This document shows, piece after piece, positions 18,949 to 28,845 of a DNA stretch of 64,000 nucleotides (positions are counted from its first letter, which is position 1; the number at the start of each line of letters is the position of its first letter). Source of the stretch: Planctomycetota bacterium (GTDB lineage Bacteria; Planctomycetota; Brocadiia; JAADGH01); the NCBI GenBank assembly GCA_040755855.1, contig JBFMAD010000008.1, positions 96,001 to 160,000 of the forward strand, written 5' to 3'. The notes beneath the pieces were generated by a model. The model was not told the DNA's origin. It saw only the letters and a program-made list of their open reading frames with translations, and did not search any database. The translations under genes were made by a program, and so were the position numbers.

Positions 18949-20109
18949 TCACGGCACGAAGCGATGTTGCCCGTTGTTGCCCAGGCCCGCGATCTTGCGC
19001 AGGAGCGCCTCACCCCTTCGGTTCTGGAAGGCAATCGTATTGATGCGAATCTTTTTCCCCTCCGCGGTCTCAAACAGGTATTTACGGATATCCTCCACTG
19101 CGCTCGCCTCAAACTCGCCGTCGGTGAGGAAATAAATGAGGTCGGGCCTGGATCGGATGGCCTGTTCCATGGCGGTGGACGGCTCGGTCCCTCCGTAGGT
19201 CGTCGTCTCCTTGATGAATGCGTAGGCCTTGGCCTTGTTCTCGGTGGTGGCCAGCACCATGCGGTTCCAGCACGCCTTGTGCCGGCCGTGGTCGCTGAAG
19301 AAGATGACGTTGAACATGTTGGCCACCGTCAATCGCTGGATGCTATGGATGAGTTCCTCCTTTGCCGTATCGAGCCGAGGGCCTTCCATGCTGGCTGAGC
19401 GGTCCACCACGAAGATTACACTCGACACCCCGGCCCCGCCGCCGCTCCCGAAAAACGAGACAGGCCCCGTCGCGACAGCGAATGGATTCCCTGATCCCCT
19501 GCGCGCGGAGCCGGTGATGCCGATGACAGGGACCGCGCCGGCCTCGCCCGGCCCTGCCACCAGCCCCGCCGTCGGCGAAGCGTCGGGCGCCGTGAAGGTG
19601 GATGTACGCACCGGCAGCATCTGGTCCAGGTCCTTTTGGATGTCCTCCTTCTTCAGATAGACATCCTTCTCGTCCTCTTCTGTTTTCAGTTGGACATTGA
19701 CCTGGATGCCCGATTCTTCCTTCGCGGGGACGGTCACCGTGATGACGGCCAACAGGATGAGGAGGGCCAGATGAACGGCGAATGATACGACCCAGCAGGG
19801 GACCGTCGTCTTCGCGTGCTGCAGCCAGTCCTCCCACCATGGTAGGATGACGGCGAAAGACGGCGTCTCATCCTCGTCTTCCTCTCCGGCCCCCAGGAAG
19901 TTTTTCCCAAGGTCCACGGTTGCTCCCGCCGCGTCCTCGGCTGCCGGCTTTTTACCTGCTTGCTTCGCGGGCTGCGTGAGGAGAAACTTGGTCTTGCAAT
20001 GCGGACAGCGGCCGTGCCTGCCGATAAACTCCCGGCCGACGCGCAGCTTCTCCCCGCACGCCGCGCAGGCGATTTCGACAAGGGCCTTGCTCGATGCTTC
20101 CTCTGACAT
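18949..20109 (-). CDS. Zinc-ribbon + TM + von Willebrand factor A domain protein
   Basis: CAAC..CPHC, VSFAVHLALL TM, MIDAS DRSAS, FLTDG, INTIAF. Confidence 0.85.
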   Translation of the reverse strand: MSEEASSKALVEIACAACGEKLRVGREFIGRHGRCPHCKTKFLLTQPAKQAGKKPAAEDAAGATVDLGKNFLGAGEEDEDETPSFAVILPWWEDWLQHAKTTVPCWVVSFAVHLALLILLAVITVTVPAKEESGIQVNVQLKTEEDEKDVYLKKEDIQKDLDQMLPVRTSTFTAPDASPTAGLVAGPGEAGAVPVIGITGSARRGSGNPFAVATGPVSFFGSGGGAGVSSVIFVVDRSASMEGPRLDTAKEELIHSIQRLTVANMFNVIFFSDHGRHKACWNRMVLATTENKAKAYAFIKETTTYGGTEPSTAMEQAIRSRPDLIYFLTDGEFEASAVEDIRKYLFETAEGKKIRINTIAFQNRRGEALLRKIAGLGNNGQHRFVP

Positions 20110-20147
20110 AGCCGGTAGATTCCGGACCCGAAAGACCGCACACCTAT

Positions 20148-20176
20148 AGTTTAACCGATGATCCGGCTTTGGTCAA
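20148..20176 (-). promoter_or_regulatory. Putative sigma70 promoter of VWA gene
   Basis: TTGACC-N17-TAAACT on minus strand. Confidence 0.5.
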
Positions 20177-20190
20177 GTTTTGGAGAGAGG

Positions 20191-20922
20191 CTATTTCGGC
20201 CTAAAAGCGCCGATCACGACATTGTCGTAGCACTGCCAGAGGGTCTGAATGTCCGCAAAGCCTGCGTCAATCAGCCACTGGAGTTGCTGGTCGAGGAAGG
20301 CCCACTTGTTGGCGCTTTTTTCCGGCTCGCGATAAATGCGGTGATACATCCCCCGGATGAGCGCCGCCTCCTTCGCAAATTCCTCCTGCCTTCGGTGGGC
20401 GCGCCGCGCGCTCTCAAGCCGATGGTTCTGGAACGCGCCGATCCACCGCTCCGACCGGATCTTCACCTCCTCGCCGAGGATAAAGATGCCCCCCTCCCGG
20501 AGATGGGCGAAGATTTGGCGATACAACCTCTGCTTGCCGGCGTCCTCCAGGTGGTGAATAGCCCGATTCGAGACCACCACGTCGAGCGGGTCCTTGATCT
20601 TCGCGTCCCATCCCTCCGCGCCGAAGTCATTCCAGAGGAACGTAACCTTCCCGGCGAGCTTGCCCAACATCTGCTCGACGACTTCCTTCTTGAGCTCCGG
20701 ATAGGCCAGCTTGTCCACGTACACCGCCGTGCTGTTGGGAAATGTCTCCAGGATGCGGCGAATGAGCGTGCCTGACCCGCCGCCGACGTCCATCACCCGC
20801 AGGGGCGTGTCGCGGTCGGCGGGGATGTTCTCCACAATGACCGAATGCATCTGTTCGTACGCCTTCCGCGCATCGTACCACTGCGTCTCCCAGTAGGAAT
20901 ACCAGTCTATCTGGAGGGCCAA
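20191..20922 (-). CDS. Class I SAM-dependent methyltransferase
   Basis: MDVGGGSG motif I, DVVVSNRAIHHL, LREGGIF; TTG start after AGGAG RBS. Confidence 0.85.
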   Translation of the reverse strand: MALQIDWYSYWETQWYDARKAYEQMHSVIVENIPADRDTPLRVMDVGGGSGTLIRRILETFPNSTAVYVDKLAYPELKKEVVEQMLGKLAGKVTFLWNDFGAEGWDAKIKDPLDVVVSNRAIHHLEDAGKQRLYRQIFAHLREGGIFILGEEVKIRSERWIGAFQNHRLESARRAHRRQEEFAKEAALIRGMYHRIYREPEKSANKWAFLDQQLQWLIDAGFADIQTLWQCYDNVVIGAFRPK

Positions 20923-20951
20923 CGGAATTCTCCTATCGGTCGTTGAAACGG

Positions 20952-21479
20952 TTATTTCCTGGACTTGGACTCCGCCTCTTTGATCGCCTTCAGAACGACG
21001 CGCCTCCGCCACAACGCAAGGAGGAGTATCAAAACAAATACCGGGATGAACAGGATAGGGTTCAGAAGCTTTTTGTAAATCGGACGCAGGTCCGGGATGG
21101 AATCCAGCCGCCAGTAGTCGCCCTCTTTCAGAAAGCCGAGGGTAAGCGTCTTTCCCGCCTCATTCTTCAGAACCACATCCGCGCGGTTGCCGGATATCGT
21201 CGCATCGCCGTACTCGAACTTATTAGCCTTGATCGTGTTTACCAGACACTCCAGCATCTCATCGCGTTTGTCCCAGATCGGATTGTCGCTGTAGCACTCC
21301 CTGAGATTCTTCCTCTCCTCCGAATCCAGCTCCGCATCCACACCCTTGCGCCAGATCGAGTAGGTGTCCTTCGGCGTCGAGAACCGTTCGTCCGGCTTTT
21401 TGGGCAAAGGCTTTTCCTGCGACCAGCATGGCGAGACCGACAAAATAAAAACAGAAAGAATCAGGTGCTTCAGGCGCAT
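20952..21479 (-). CDS. Hypothetical exported, C-terminally anchored protein
   Basis: Signal peptide, C-terminal hydrophobic helix plus basic tail; RBS GGAGG; TTGAAA-N16-TATAAT at 21527-21554. Confidence 0.7.
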   Translation of the reverse strand: MRLKHLILSVFILSVSPCWSQEKPLPKKPDERFSTPKDTYSIWRKGVDAELDSEERKNLRECYSDNPIWDKRDEMLECLVNTIKANKFEYGDATISGNRADVVLKNEAGKTLTLGFLKEGDYWRLDSIPDLRPIYKKLLNPILFIPVFVLILLLALWRRRVVLKAIKEAESKSRK

Positions 21480-21593
21480 CTTGTCCCTCCCCAGATTTCT
21501 CCATACATAATGCTCACACGGGCTGTATTATAACCCATTTGCGTCCTCTTTCAAAACAGAAATCTCGGCAGGTGTCGCCGGGCGTCTCGCCGC

Positions 21594-23759
21594 TTATCTC
21601 TGTGCCTCGCCCTCCAGACGCTTAACGGTATACTGCGTGACGCGCTTGACGTAACCATACTTGTCCTTGAGCATGTCCTTGATCTCCGGCAGGGCGGGGC
21701 GGGCCTTCTCGCCGATCCGACCGAGGGCGATGGCCGCATTGTGCCGGACGCTCTGGGACTCGTGCTTCGCCGCATCCAGCAAGACCGGCCGCGCCTCCTT
21801 CTCACGCCCCCAGTCGCACATCGCCTCCGCCGCCGCGATGCGGACGATGGGCGATGGGTCGTTCAGGAGCTTGCCGATCGCCTCGTCCTCCTTGCCCAGC
21901 ACATGCAGGCCGACCACGCCCCAGTACCGCACGGAGGCGTCGGGATCGTTCAGCGCCTTCAGATATGTCCCCCGCGCTTTTTCTCCCTCCACATCATGCG
22001 CCTTGAGCGCGCGTAGGCGCTCCAGGAGGTCGCTCTTGTCCATCTGCTCGCGCCAGTGCGGCCGGGCCGTGGATGGTTCGGCGGGGATCGCCGGGCCGCC
22101 GGCCTCATAGCGCACATCTTTGCTGTCCCGGAAGCCGAGCCGACAGGCCTTGGCCGTGAGTACCATCCCGGGGTCGAGGACGATCGGCTCGGTATAGAGC
22201 TGCCAGCCGGCATCTTTCGACCGGCCCGTCCGGCAGGCGATGGACGCCCCCGGCGTAAGGGAGGTCAGCGCGACTATGGTTGCGTCACCCTTCTGTGTCG
22301 GTGTGACCCCCGGCGGGGAGGTCGCTTCATACGGCCCACCCGACTGCTGCATCTCGTCTAACTCCGGCTCGGGGATAAGGCCCACGTCGCCCGTCTGCTT
22401 CGCCCAAGTCAGGTGTTCAGTCCTCATGCGCGCCAGCACATCTTTGTATTTCGGGTCGCCTGCCAGGTTGTTAACCTCATGCAGGTCGGTCTCCGTGTCG
22501 TAAAGTTCCTCAATCGGCTTCTGCTCAAGGAAGAAGTTCTTCTGCGGGCCGACCAGCCTGCCCTCGGCGTTCAGCCGGCGCATCTCCTGCATCGTCGGCA
22601 TCTGGTTCATGTAGTCAATGTCCTGGGCATAGGTCAGGTGGGGCATGTAGTTGCGGATGTATTTGAAGCGTTTGTCCCTCACGGCGCGGATGATGTCATA
22701 GGTCTCGTCCATCCGGTCGCGCGCGGCGTAAACATACTCTCGTGGCTCCGCCTTCTGCGGGCCGAGGAAGGCCCGGCCCTGCATGTGACCGGGAATCTGC
22801 ACCCCGCAGAGCGACAGCATCGTCGGCGCAAAGTCAACGAACGCGACCAGGTCGCCGTTCACCGATCCGGGCTTGAGGGCGTCGGGGTTGTCCGGGAAGA
22901 CGCGCTTCCGCCATTTTTCGGGAACGCGAATAATCAGGGGGACATGGATGCCGGAGTCGTAGAGCCACCGCTTGCCCCGCGACATGCCTTGGCCGTGGTC
23001 GCCCCAGAACCAGACGATCGTGTCCTCCGCCAACCCATCCTCTTCAAGTTGTTGCAGGATCTCGGCGACCTGCTTGTCCATCAGCGTGATGATATCATAG
23101 TACTGCGCCCAGTCCTGGCGGACCGCCGGCGTGTCGGGAAAGTAGGGCGGCAGGACGGCCCTGGCCGGGTCGTGCCTCTCGTCGGGACCGAGCTGGGCCA
23201 GCTTGTCGAGCATCGCTTTCTTCCGATTGCGAATCTGGCTCTCGTGCGTGATGGTCAGGTTGATGACGGAGAAGAAGGGCTTCCCCTCGGGGCGCGTGCG
23301 CCAGTGGGCCTTGGCCCCGCCGCAGACGTCCCAGGCCGTGGTGGGCGGATCGAACTGGTAGTCGGTTTTCGACTGGTTGGTGCAGAAGTACCCCGCCGCC
23401 CGCAGGTATTCCGTGAAGCACCGGACGTACGGCGGCGGCACGCCCTTGCAGCGCATCAGGTGCGTGCCGATGGTCGTCGGATACATGCCCGTGATGATGC
23501 CCGACCGCGACGGGGCGCAGACGGGGGCGTGGGTGAAGCACCGGTCATACCGCACGCCCTGCGAGGCGAACTTATCGAGGTTCGGCGTGACGGCGTACTT
23601 ATCCCCGTAGCAGCCGAGGCTGGGGCTGATGTCCTCTGTGCTGATCCAGAGGATGTTGGGCCGCTCCGCGCCGGGGGTTGGATCGGCGAGGGTGATCCTG
23701 GGCAGCGCGCCCACGGCAGCGGCGCCGCCCATAGCCTTCAAGAAATCTCGTCTCTTCAT
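21594..23759 (-). CDS. Tat-exported Cys-type (formylglycine) sulfatase with C-terminal HEAT repeats
   Basis: MKRRDFLK Tat signal; PNILW, CAPSRSGIITG, GDHG, ELYD; L..D....VR..AA HEAT repeats. Confidence 0.93.
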   Translation of the reverse strand: MKRRDFLKAMGGAAAVGALPRITLADPTPGAERPNILWISTEDISPSLGCYGDKYAVTPNLDKFASQGVRYDRCFTHAPVCAPSRSGIITGMYPTTIGTHLMRCKGVPPPYVRCFTEYLRAAGYFCTNQSKTDYQFDPPTTAWDVCGGAKAHWRTRPEGKPFFSVINLTITHESQIRNRKKAMLDKLAQLGPDERHDPARAVLPPYFPDTPAVRQDWAQYYDIITLMDKQVAEILQQLEEDGLAEDTIVWFWGDHGQGMSRGKRWLYDSGIHVPLIIRVPEKWRKRVFPDNPDALKPGSVNGDLVAFVDFAPTMLSLCGVQIPGHMQGRAFLGPQKAEPREYVYAARDRMDETYDIIRAVRDKRFKYIRNYMPHLTYAQDIDYMNQMPTMQEMRRLNAEGRLVGPQKNFFLEQKPIEELYDTETDLHEVNNLAGDPKYKDVLARMRTEHLTWAKQTGDVGLIPEPELDEMQQSGGPYEATSPPGVTPTQKGDATIVALTSLTPGASIACRTGRSKDAGWQLYTEPIVLDPGMVLTAKACRLGFRDSKDVRYEAGGPAIPAEPSTARPHWREQMDKSDLLERLRALKAHDVEGEKARGTYLKALNDPDASVRYWGVVGLHVLGKEDEAIGKLLNDPSPIVRIAAAEAMCDWGREKEARPVLLDAAKHESQSVRHNAAIALGRIGEKARPALPEIKDMLKDKYGYVKRVTQYTVKRLEGEAQR

Positions 23760-23843
23760 CTCTCATTCCTCCACAAAGCAGGACGAATAGTTTACCAAAG
23801 ACGGAACCATCTCGCCACGATGGATTTGCTCCCTTTGTGGACT

Positions 23844-23871
23844 GCGCAACCACGTCCAGACGTGGTTGCGC
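23844..23871. repeat. Perfect palindrome (REP-like hairpin)
   Basis: GCGCAACCACGTC-CA-GACGTGGTTGCGC. Confidence 0.6.
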
Positions 23872-23924
23872 CTTGACATCGGGAAGCCCTGCTTCCAGAC
23901 GATGGCGCGGCAGCCATGCAGTCT

Positions 23925-23957
23925 AACCTCCCGGAGGTTTCAAACCTCCGGGAGGTT
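23925..23957. repeat. AACCTCCCGGAGGTT double-palindrome repeat, copy 1
   Basis: AACCTCCCGGAGGTT-TCA-AACCTCCGGGAGGTT; other copies at 25102 and 57766. Confidence 0.85.
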
Positions 23958-24126
23958 TGCCATCATTCGCATGGGGGACATGGTCGGCGGAAGAGCGGGA
24001 AGCATGGCTTCCCGCAAGAAAGGCCGTCCTCGCCGAGGTCTTCGTCCAAAAACACATCCTTGACAGCGCAAATATCCCTGATAGACTGGGTAGCTCAAAC
24101 GCTGAGAATTTTTGAGGAGAAGGCGC

Positions 24127-25092
24127 ATGAATGTGTATGCCATTGGATTGGGGGTGTTGGCTATGGGGGTGGTTCTCGGCATGGTCGGCGCGTCCGGCCA
24201 GGAGCGAACGGGTGGATTTGAAGGGAAGCACCCGGACTTCAAGAAGATCGTCCCGGACGGCGCGACGGTCGAGAAGGTGGACGGGGGCTTCAAGTTCACG
24301 GAAGGCCCCGTATGGGGTGTGAGCGAAGGCTGTCTGCGCTTCAGCGATATTCCCGCCAACATCATCTACCTCTGGCGGCCGGGGAAGAAGTCGGAGGTCT
24401 TTCGCGAGCCGAGCGGCAACTCCAACGGCCTGACCTTCGACAAGCAGGGCCGATTCATCGCCTGCGAGCACGGCAACCGGCGCGTGAGCCGGACGGAACC
24501 CGATGGGACCATCACCGTCCTTGCCGAGAAGCACGAGGGCAAACGCCTGAACAGCCCGAATGACGTGGTGGTGAAGTCGGACGGCAGCATCTACTTCACC
24601 GACCCGCCCTACGGCTTGCCGAAACAGAGCGAAGGGAAAGAGATCGACTTCCAGGGGGTGTATCGCATCTCGCCGGACGGCAAGACGCTGACGCTGCTCG
24701 TTGATGATTTCGACCGGCCGAACGGCCTGGCCTTTTCGCCCGACGAGAAGACGCTCTACATCGCCGACTCGTCGCAGCGAAAACATATCCGCGCCTTCGA
24801 CGTGAAGGAGGACGGCGCTCTCGCCAACGGGCGAGTGTTCGCCGAGCTTCAGCACGACGACCCCGGCCTGCCCGACGGGATGAAGGTGGATGTGGAGGGG
24901 AATGTTTACAGCACCGGTCCGGGCGGGGTGTGGGTCATCAATCCGAAGGGCGAGCTGCTCGGCCGGGTCGTGACGCCGGAGGTCCCAGCGAACTGCGCCT
25001 GGGGCGACGCGGACTGGAAGTCGCTATACATCACAGCGAGGACGTCGGTCTATCGCGTGAAGCTCAATATCCAAGGCGTCAAGGTCCCGTAA
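24127..25092 (+). CDS. SMP-30/gluconolactonase/LRE family protein
   Basis: FTEGPVW, SNGL, LNSPNDV, FTDPPYG, PNGLAFSPD, PDGMKVD; signal peptide. Confidence 0.93.
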   Translation: MNVYAIGLGVLAMGVVLGMVGASGQERTGGFEGKHPDFKKIVPDGATVEKVDGGFKFTEGPVWGVSEGCLRFSDIPANIIYLWRPGKKSEVFREPSGNSNGLTFDKQGRFIACEHGNRRVSRTEPDGTITVLAEKHEGKRLNSPNDVVVKSDGSIYFTDPPYGLPKQSEGKEIDFQGVYRISPDGKTLTLLVDDFDRPNGLAFSPDEKTLYIADSSQRKHIRAFDVKEDGALANGRVFAELQHDDPGLPDGMKVDVEGNVYSTGPGGVWVINPKGELLGRVVTPEVPANCAWGDADWKSLYITARTSVYRVKLNIQGVKVP

Positions 25093-25101
25093 GACCTCGG
25101 C

Positions 25102-25134
25102 AACCTCCCGGAGGTTCCGAACCTCCGGGAGGTT
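25102..25134. repeat. AACCTCCCGGAGGTT double-palindrome repeat, copy 2
   Basis: AACCTCCCGGAGGTT-CCG-AACCTCCGGGAGGTT. Confidence 0.85.
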
Positions 25135-25167
25135 TCTTAGTAATTTTATTGTTTAAGGGAGTGACAG

Positions 25168-26181
25168 ATGTACAAGTGTGCGTTTTTGGGATGCGGCCCG
25201 CGCGCGCGGCGTCATGCGCAAGCCTACAAAGAAGTGAAGCGGGGACAGATCGCGGCGATCTGTGATCTGGATGAAAAGCGGTTGAACGAGTTCGGCGAGC
25301 AGTTCGGCGGCGTGCGCTACAAGGATGCGCATGAGATGCTGGAAAAGGAGAAGCCGGATCTCCTGCACGCCGTCTGCATCCCCGGCCTGCGGTTCGATTT
25401 CATGAAGATTGCCGCCGACCACAAAATACCCATCGCCATCGTCGAGAAGCCCATCGCCCTCTGGGGCGAGGACTGGCGGAAGATCAAGGAACTGGGCGAG
25501 ACGTGCGGGACGAAGTTCGCCGTCAACACGCAGCTCCACTTTCACGCGCGCAACCTCGAACTCAAGCGCGACGTCGCCGACGGCCGCATCGGCGAGATTC
25601 GGTGCATTGACGTGAGCGCGCGCTCGACGCCGCTCGACCAGGGCGTGCACGTCCTGGAACTGGCCCACAGCTACACCGGCTTCAAGAAATTCATCAGCGC
25701 CTTCGGCAATATCGCAGGCGTCAAGGCCCTCGACTCCCGCCAGCCGGCCCCCGACATGGCCGAGGCGAGCATCATGTTCGATGACAACATCCATTGCGTC
25801 CTCGTCTGCGGGTCGTGCGCGCCGAGAGCGACGGAGAACGAGTCTATCTTCCACCACAAGCGCATCTCCGTCTATGGCACGCAGGGGTTCATCCAGTGGA
25901 CGATGGCGGGCTGGGAGCGCTTCACCAGGGACGGCGGATATGAGCGCGGCTCCCACGACTACGGCGTCGAGGACGACCTCGCCCAGGCCCGCTTGACCGA
26001 GGCGTGCTTCGACTGGCTGGAGGACGAGAAGAAGCCGCACCCGACGCGGCTGGAGCGGTCGCTCGTGGAGTTCAACACGATCCTCGGCATCTACGTTAGC
26101 GCGCTGAACCATGCGATCGTCAACCTGCCGTGCGATCCGCCCGATGGCTTGTGCGAGGCGATTCGGAAGCGCTTATCGTGA
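25168..26181 (+). CDS. Gfo/Idh/MocA family oxidoreductase
   Basis: Rossmann GCGPRA, EKP motif, DQGVH. Confidence 0.88.
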   Translation: MYKCAFLGCGPRARRHAQAYKEVKRGQIAAICDLDEKRLNEFGEQFGGVRYKDAHEMLEKEKPDLLHAVCIPGLRFDFMKIAADHKIPIAIVEKPIALWGEDWRKIKELGETCGTKFAVNTQLHFHARNLELKRDVADGRIGEIRCIDVSARSTPLDQGVHVLELAHSYTGFKKFISAFGNIAGVKALDSRQPAPDMAEASIMFDDNIHCVLVCGSCAPRATENESIFHHKRISVYGTQGFIQWTMAGWERFTRDGGYERGSHDYGVEDDLAQARLTEACFDWLEDEKKPHPTRLERSLVEFNTILGIYVSALNHAIVNLPCDPPDGLCEAIRKRLS

Positions 26182-26211
26182 GGCAATGCCTTAACCAAGG
26201 GGGCGCTCATT

Positions 26212-26305
26212 GTCATTCCCGCGAAAGCGAGAATCCAGTCCCGCGTCCGTGCGGGATTCTGGGATTGTGCCGCCCCATGTGGATCCCCGCTTTCGCGGGG
26301 ATGAC
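26212..26305. repeat. GTCAT/ATGAC-family composite palindrome
   Basis: GTCATTCCCGCGAAAGCGAGAATCCA...TGGATCCCCGCTTTCGCGGGGATGAC inverted pair. Confidence 0.8.
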
Positions 26306-26364
26306 GGTGCGCCTTCCCATACTCAACTGCCCCCGAAAATGAGGGGGTTGCATCGTGAGGCCGC

Positions 26365-27711
26365 ATGGCATTTCTCCATCGTGAAACCGTCGGGGCCATC
26401 TGGCGGCTGGCCTGGCCCGCCATTCTCTACTCGTTCCTCCAATCGTTTGTCGAGATCGTGGACGCGATGATGGTGGGGCGGCTCGGGCCGCACGCGCTCT
26501 CCGCCGTGGGTATGAGCCAGCAGGTCATCATGCTCGTCATGGTGGCCATGCTGGCAGTCACGAGCGGTTCGACGACCCTCGTGGCGCAGTTCTACGGCGC
26601 GGGCGACAACGAGGAGGTCAGCCGCACCGTCGCGCAGTCCGTCATCATGTCGGTCTTCCTGAGCGCGATCGTGAGCGGGGTCGGGTTGGTTGTGTCCCGT
26701 CCGATGCTGAAGCTGATCGGGTCGCGCGCGGACGTCCTGGATCAGGGCGTCGCCTACATGCGGATCTACTTCCTGGGCGTCTTCTTCCTGTTCCTGAACT
26801 TCATCTCGAGCGCCGTGCTGCGCGGCGTGGGGGACACGGTGACGCCTCTGAAAATTTCCGTTATTGTGAATATCATCAACGTCGCGGCGAACTACCTGCT
26901 CATATTCGGCATTGGCCCGTTCCCTCGACTGGGCGTTTCCGGTGCCGCGCTGGGGAGCGTCATCGCCCGGTCCGTGGGCGCAGTGATCGGATGCTGGCTG
27001 CTCCTCAACGGGCGATGCCGCGTTCGCCTGTTCCTCCGGGACATGCGCGAGATCAACATGCGGCTTATGTACCGCACCTTGCGAATCGGGATTCCCTCGG
27101 GCCTGCAGGGGATCGCGCGAAACGGCTCGCGCCTGTTCCTCTACCGGATCATCGCGGACTCCGCGGCGGGCGTGGCGGCCATCGCCGCCGTGACGGTCGG
27201 GTTTCGGGTGCGGATGGTGACGGTCATGCCCGCCCTGGCGATCCAGGTGGCCGCCGTGGCGCTCGTGGGGCAGCGGATCGGCGCGAAGCGGATTGACGAG
27301 GCGGAGCGCTTCGGGCGGGAATCCATCAAATTCTGCGCCGTGATCCTGTCCGGTATCGGCGTCCTGCTGTTTTTCTTCGCGCCGTGGGTGGTCCGGGCCT
27401 TCACGGATTCGCCGGAGACGATCCGCATCGGCAAGGTGATGCTCCAGTTTTTCAGCGTGGGGCAGACCTTCGCGGCGGCGGCCATCGCCGCGAGCGGGGG
27501 CCTGGCCGGCGCGGGCGACACGCAGCCGGGTCTTGTCTATACAGTGATAGGGCAGTTCTTCGTCATGCTGCCCGTGGCCTATCTGCTCTGCCACCACACG
27601 CGGCTTGACATCGTGGGCGTCTGGATCGCGTGGACTGTCTCCGAGGTCCTGCAATTCGTCCTCATGTACCGCCGCTTCGCGGGGGGACGGTGGAAGACGA
27701 TGGAGGTTTGA
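26365..27711 (+). CDS. MATE family efflux transporter
   Basis: LAWP, DAMMVGRLG..ALSAVG, LRGVGDT.TP, LGVSGAAL, GIP; about 12 TM. Confidence 0.93.
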   Translation: MAFLHRETVGAIWRLAWPAILYSFLQSFVEIVDAMMVGRLGPHALSAVGMSQQVIMLVMVAMLAVTSGSTTLVAQFYGAGDNEEVSRTVAQSVIMSVFLSAIVSGVGLVVSRPMLKLIGSRADVLDQGVAYMRIYFLGVFFLFLNFISSAVLRGVGDTVTPLKISVIVNIINVAANYLLIFGIGPFPRLGVSGAALGSVIARSVGAVIGCWLLLNGRCRVRLFLRDMREINMRLMYRTLRIGIPSGLQGIARNGSRLFLYRIIADSAAGVAAIAAVTVGFRVRMVTVMPALAIQVAAVALVGQRIGAKRIDEAERFGRESIKFCAVILSGIGVLLFFFAPWVVRAFTDSPETIRIGKVMLQFFSVGQTFAAAAIAASGGLAGAGDTQPGLVYTVIGQFFVMLPVAYLLCHHTRLDIVGVWIAWTVSEVLQFVLMYRRFAGGRWKTMEV

Positions 27712-27758
27712 GGGGGCTTTCTGCCGGAACCGCTTCCAGTTAGTACTTGAAGCCAAGT

Positions 27759-28301
27759 TCAGCCATGCTGGAAGTCTTCAGAGCTTTCTTCAGGAACGAA
27801 TGCCCAGAAATGCTGCTGCTTCGCCGAGTCTGTGGATCTTGCCAGTCCGCCTGAAACTGGTTTCTTCCTGAATACCGACTTGATGTGCCACTCTCCGTGA
27901 TCACGTGGGTCCCCCGCGTCGAATGCCCATATGTTGGCCCGAACCAGCAACGTAGCAGTGCTTGTCTTGGGTTCGTCGAACGTAATCTTCCAAACCCAAT
28001 GCGCGCTTTGCCGCAACGAACCGCTAACTGCGTCCACAGAATAAGCCCGGCAAGGCATCACACGTCCATCTTCGTCTTGCAGGGCCATGTCGGTGATGTG
28101 GTGGACCTTCTCCTTCCCGAGCCTCCAGTTTCCCCGATACATCACGGTCACCCTGCCGTTTTGCGCTGAGACCCCTAGGCACTCAATCCTTCGGGGAGCG
28201 TCGCCAGAACGGCAGCCGAACCATGGGCATAGTAGAAGGGCCATAAGGCAAACGCGGCACGCAATCCGTTGAAGAAATAATCCCCGCATGTCACTGGGCA
28301 T
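27759..28301 (-). CDS. Hypothetical lipoprotein (paralog of adjacent gene)
   Basis: Hydrophobic stretch then Cys (WFGC); shares blocks with 28291-28845; start uncertain (28301 or 28289). Confidence 0.65.
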   Translation of the reverse strand: MPSDMRGLFLQRIACRVCLMALLLCPWFGCRSGDAPRRIECLGVSAQNGRVTVMYRGNWRLGKEKVHHITDMALQDEDGRVMPCRAYSVDAVSGSLRQSAHWVWKITFDEPKTSTATLLVRANIWAFDAGDPRDHGEWHIKSVFRKKPVSGGLARSTDSAKQQHFWAFVPEESSEDFQHG

Positions 28302-28845
28302 TATCTGTTTCCCCTGGGGGTATCCAACGTCCATGGCTTTCTTCCGGCACGAGCATCCATCCGTGCCGCTTGTGAAGCTCCTCTATCGCACATTTCCCAT
28401 CGTACAGAAACCATTCCTTGTAAGGCTTCTTTCTGAGTACGGACTTGATCTTGTACTCACCACACCCAAAGGTAAACCGCGCTTCGAATGCAACTTTATT
28501 GGATGTCGGCTCGTCAAACCGTGTACACCATGCCCAGTTAAGTCCCTTATCCCGGCCGAACTCGGATGCGCGAAGCGGTATCTCGTTGCCCTTCTCGTCC
28601 TTTATCGAAATGTCCAGCAGTTGAAACCTGCCCAAACCGCGATCTCGAGAGGTCCAGTGCGTCAGAAGTATCCTCCCGTCCTCCCATCCATGAACCATGC
28701 TGAACGTCGTGGGCGGCCGAGGGTCGCGGTCGGTGCAGGAAGTTGCCAGAATGACGGCCGTCGCCGTCACGAGCACAAGATTCCTTTCCAGAAGTCGGAG
28801 TGCCCCAGCCGATGATGCTTCTGAGGATGGACCTGCAGCCATCAT
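28291..28845 (-). CDS. Hypothetical lipoprotein (paralog of adjacent gene)
   Basis: Lipobox-like ILATSC; RBS GGAGG; shared motifs with downstream gene. Confidence 0.7.
   Translation of the reverse strand: MMAAGPSSEASSAGALRLLERNLVLVTATAVILATSCTDRDPRPPTTFSMVHGWEDGRILLTHWTSRDRGLGRFQLLDISIKDEKGNEIPLRASEFGRDKGLNWAWCTRFDEPTSNKVAFEARFTFGCGEYKIKSVLRKKPYKEWFLYDGKCAIEELHKRHGWMLVPEESHGRWIPPGETDNAQ

Noticed and set aside
22413..23876. 487-aa plus-strand ORF
   Set aside because: Antisense shadow of the sulfatase, expected in high-GC DNA
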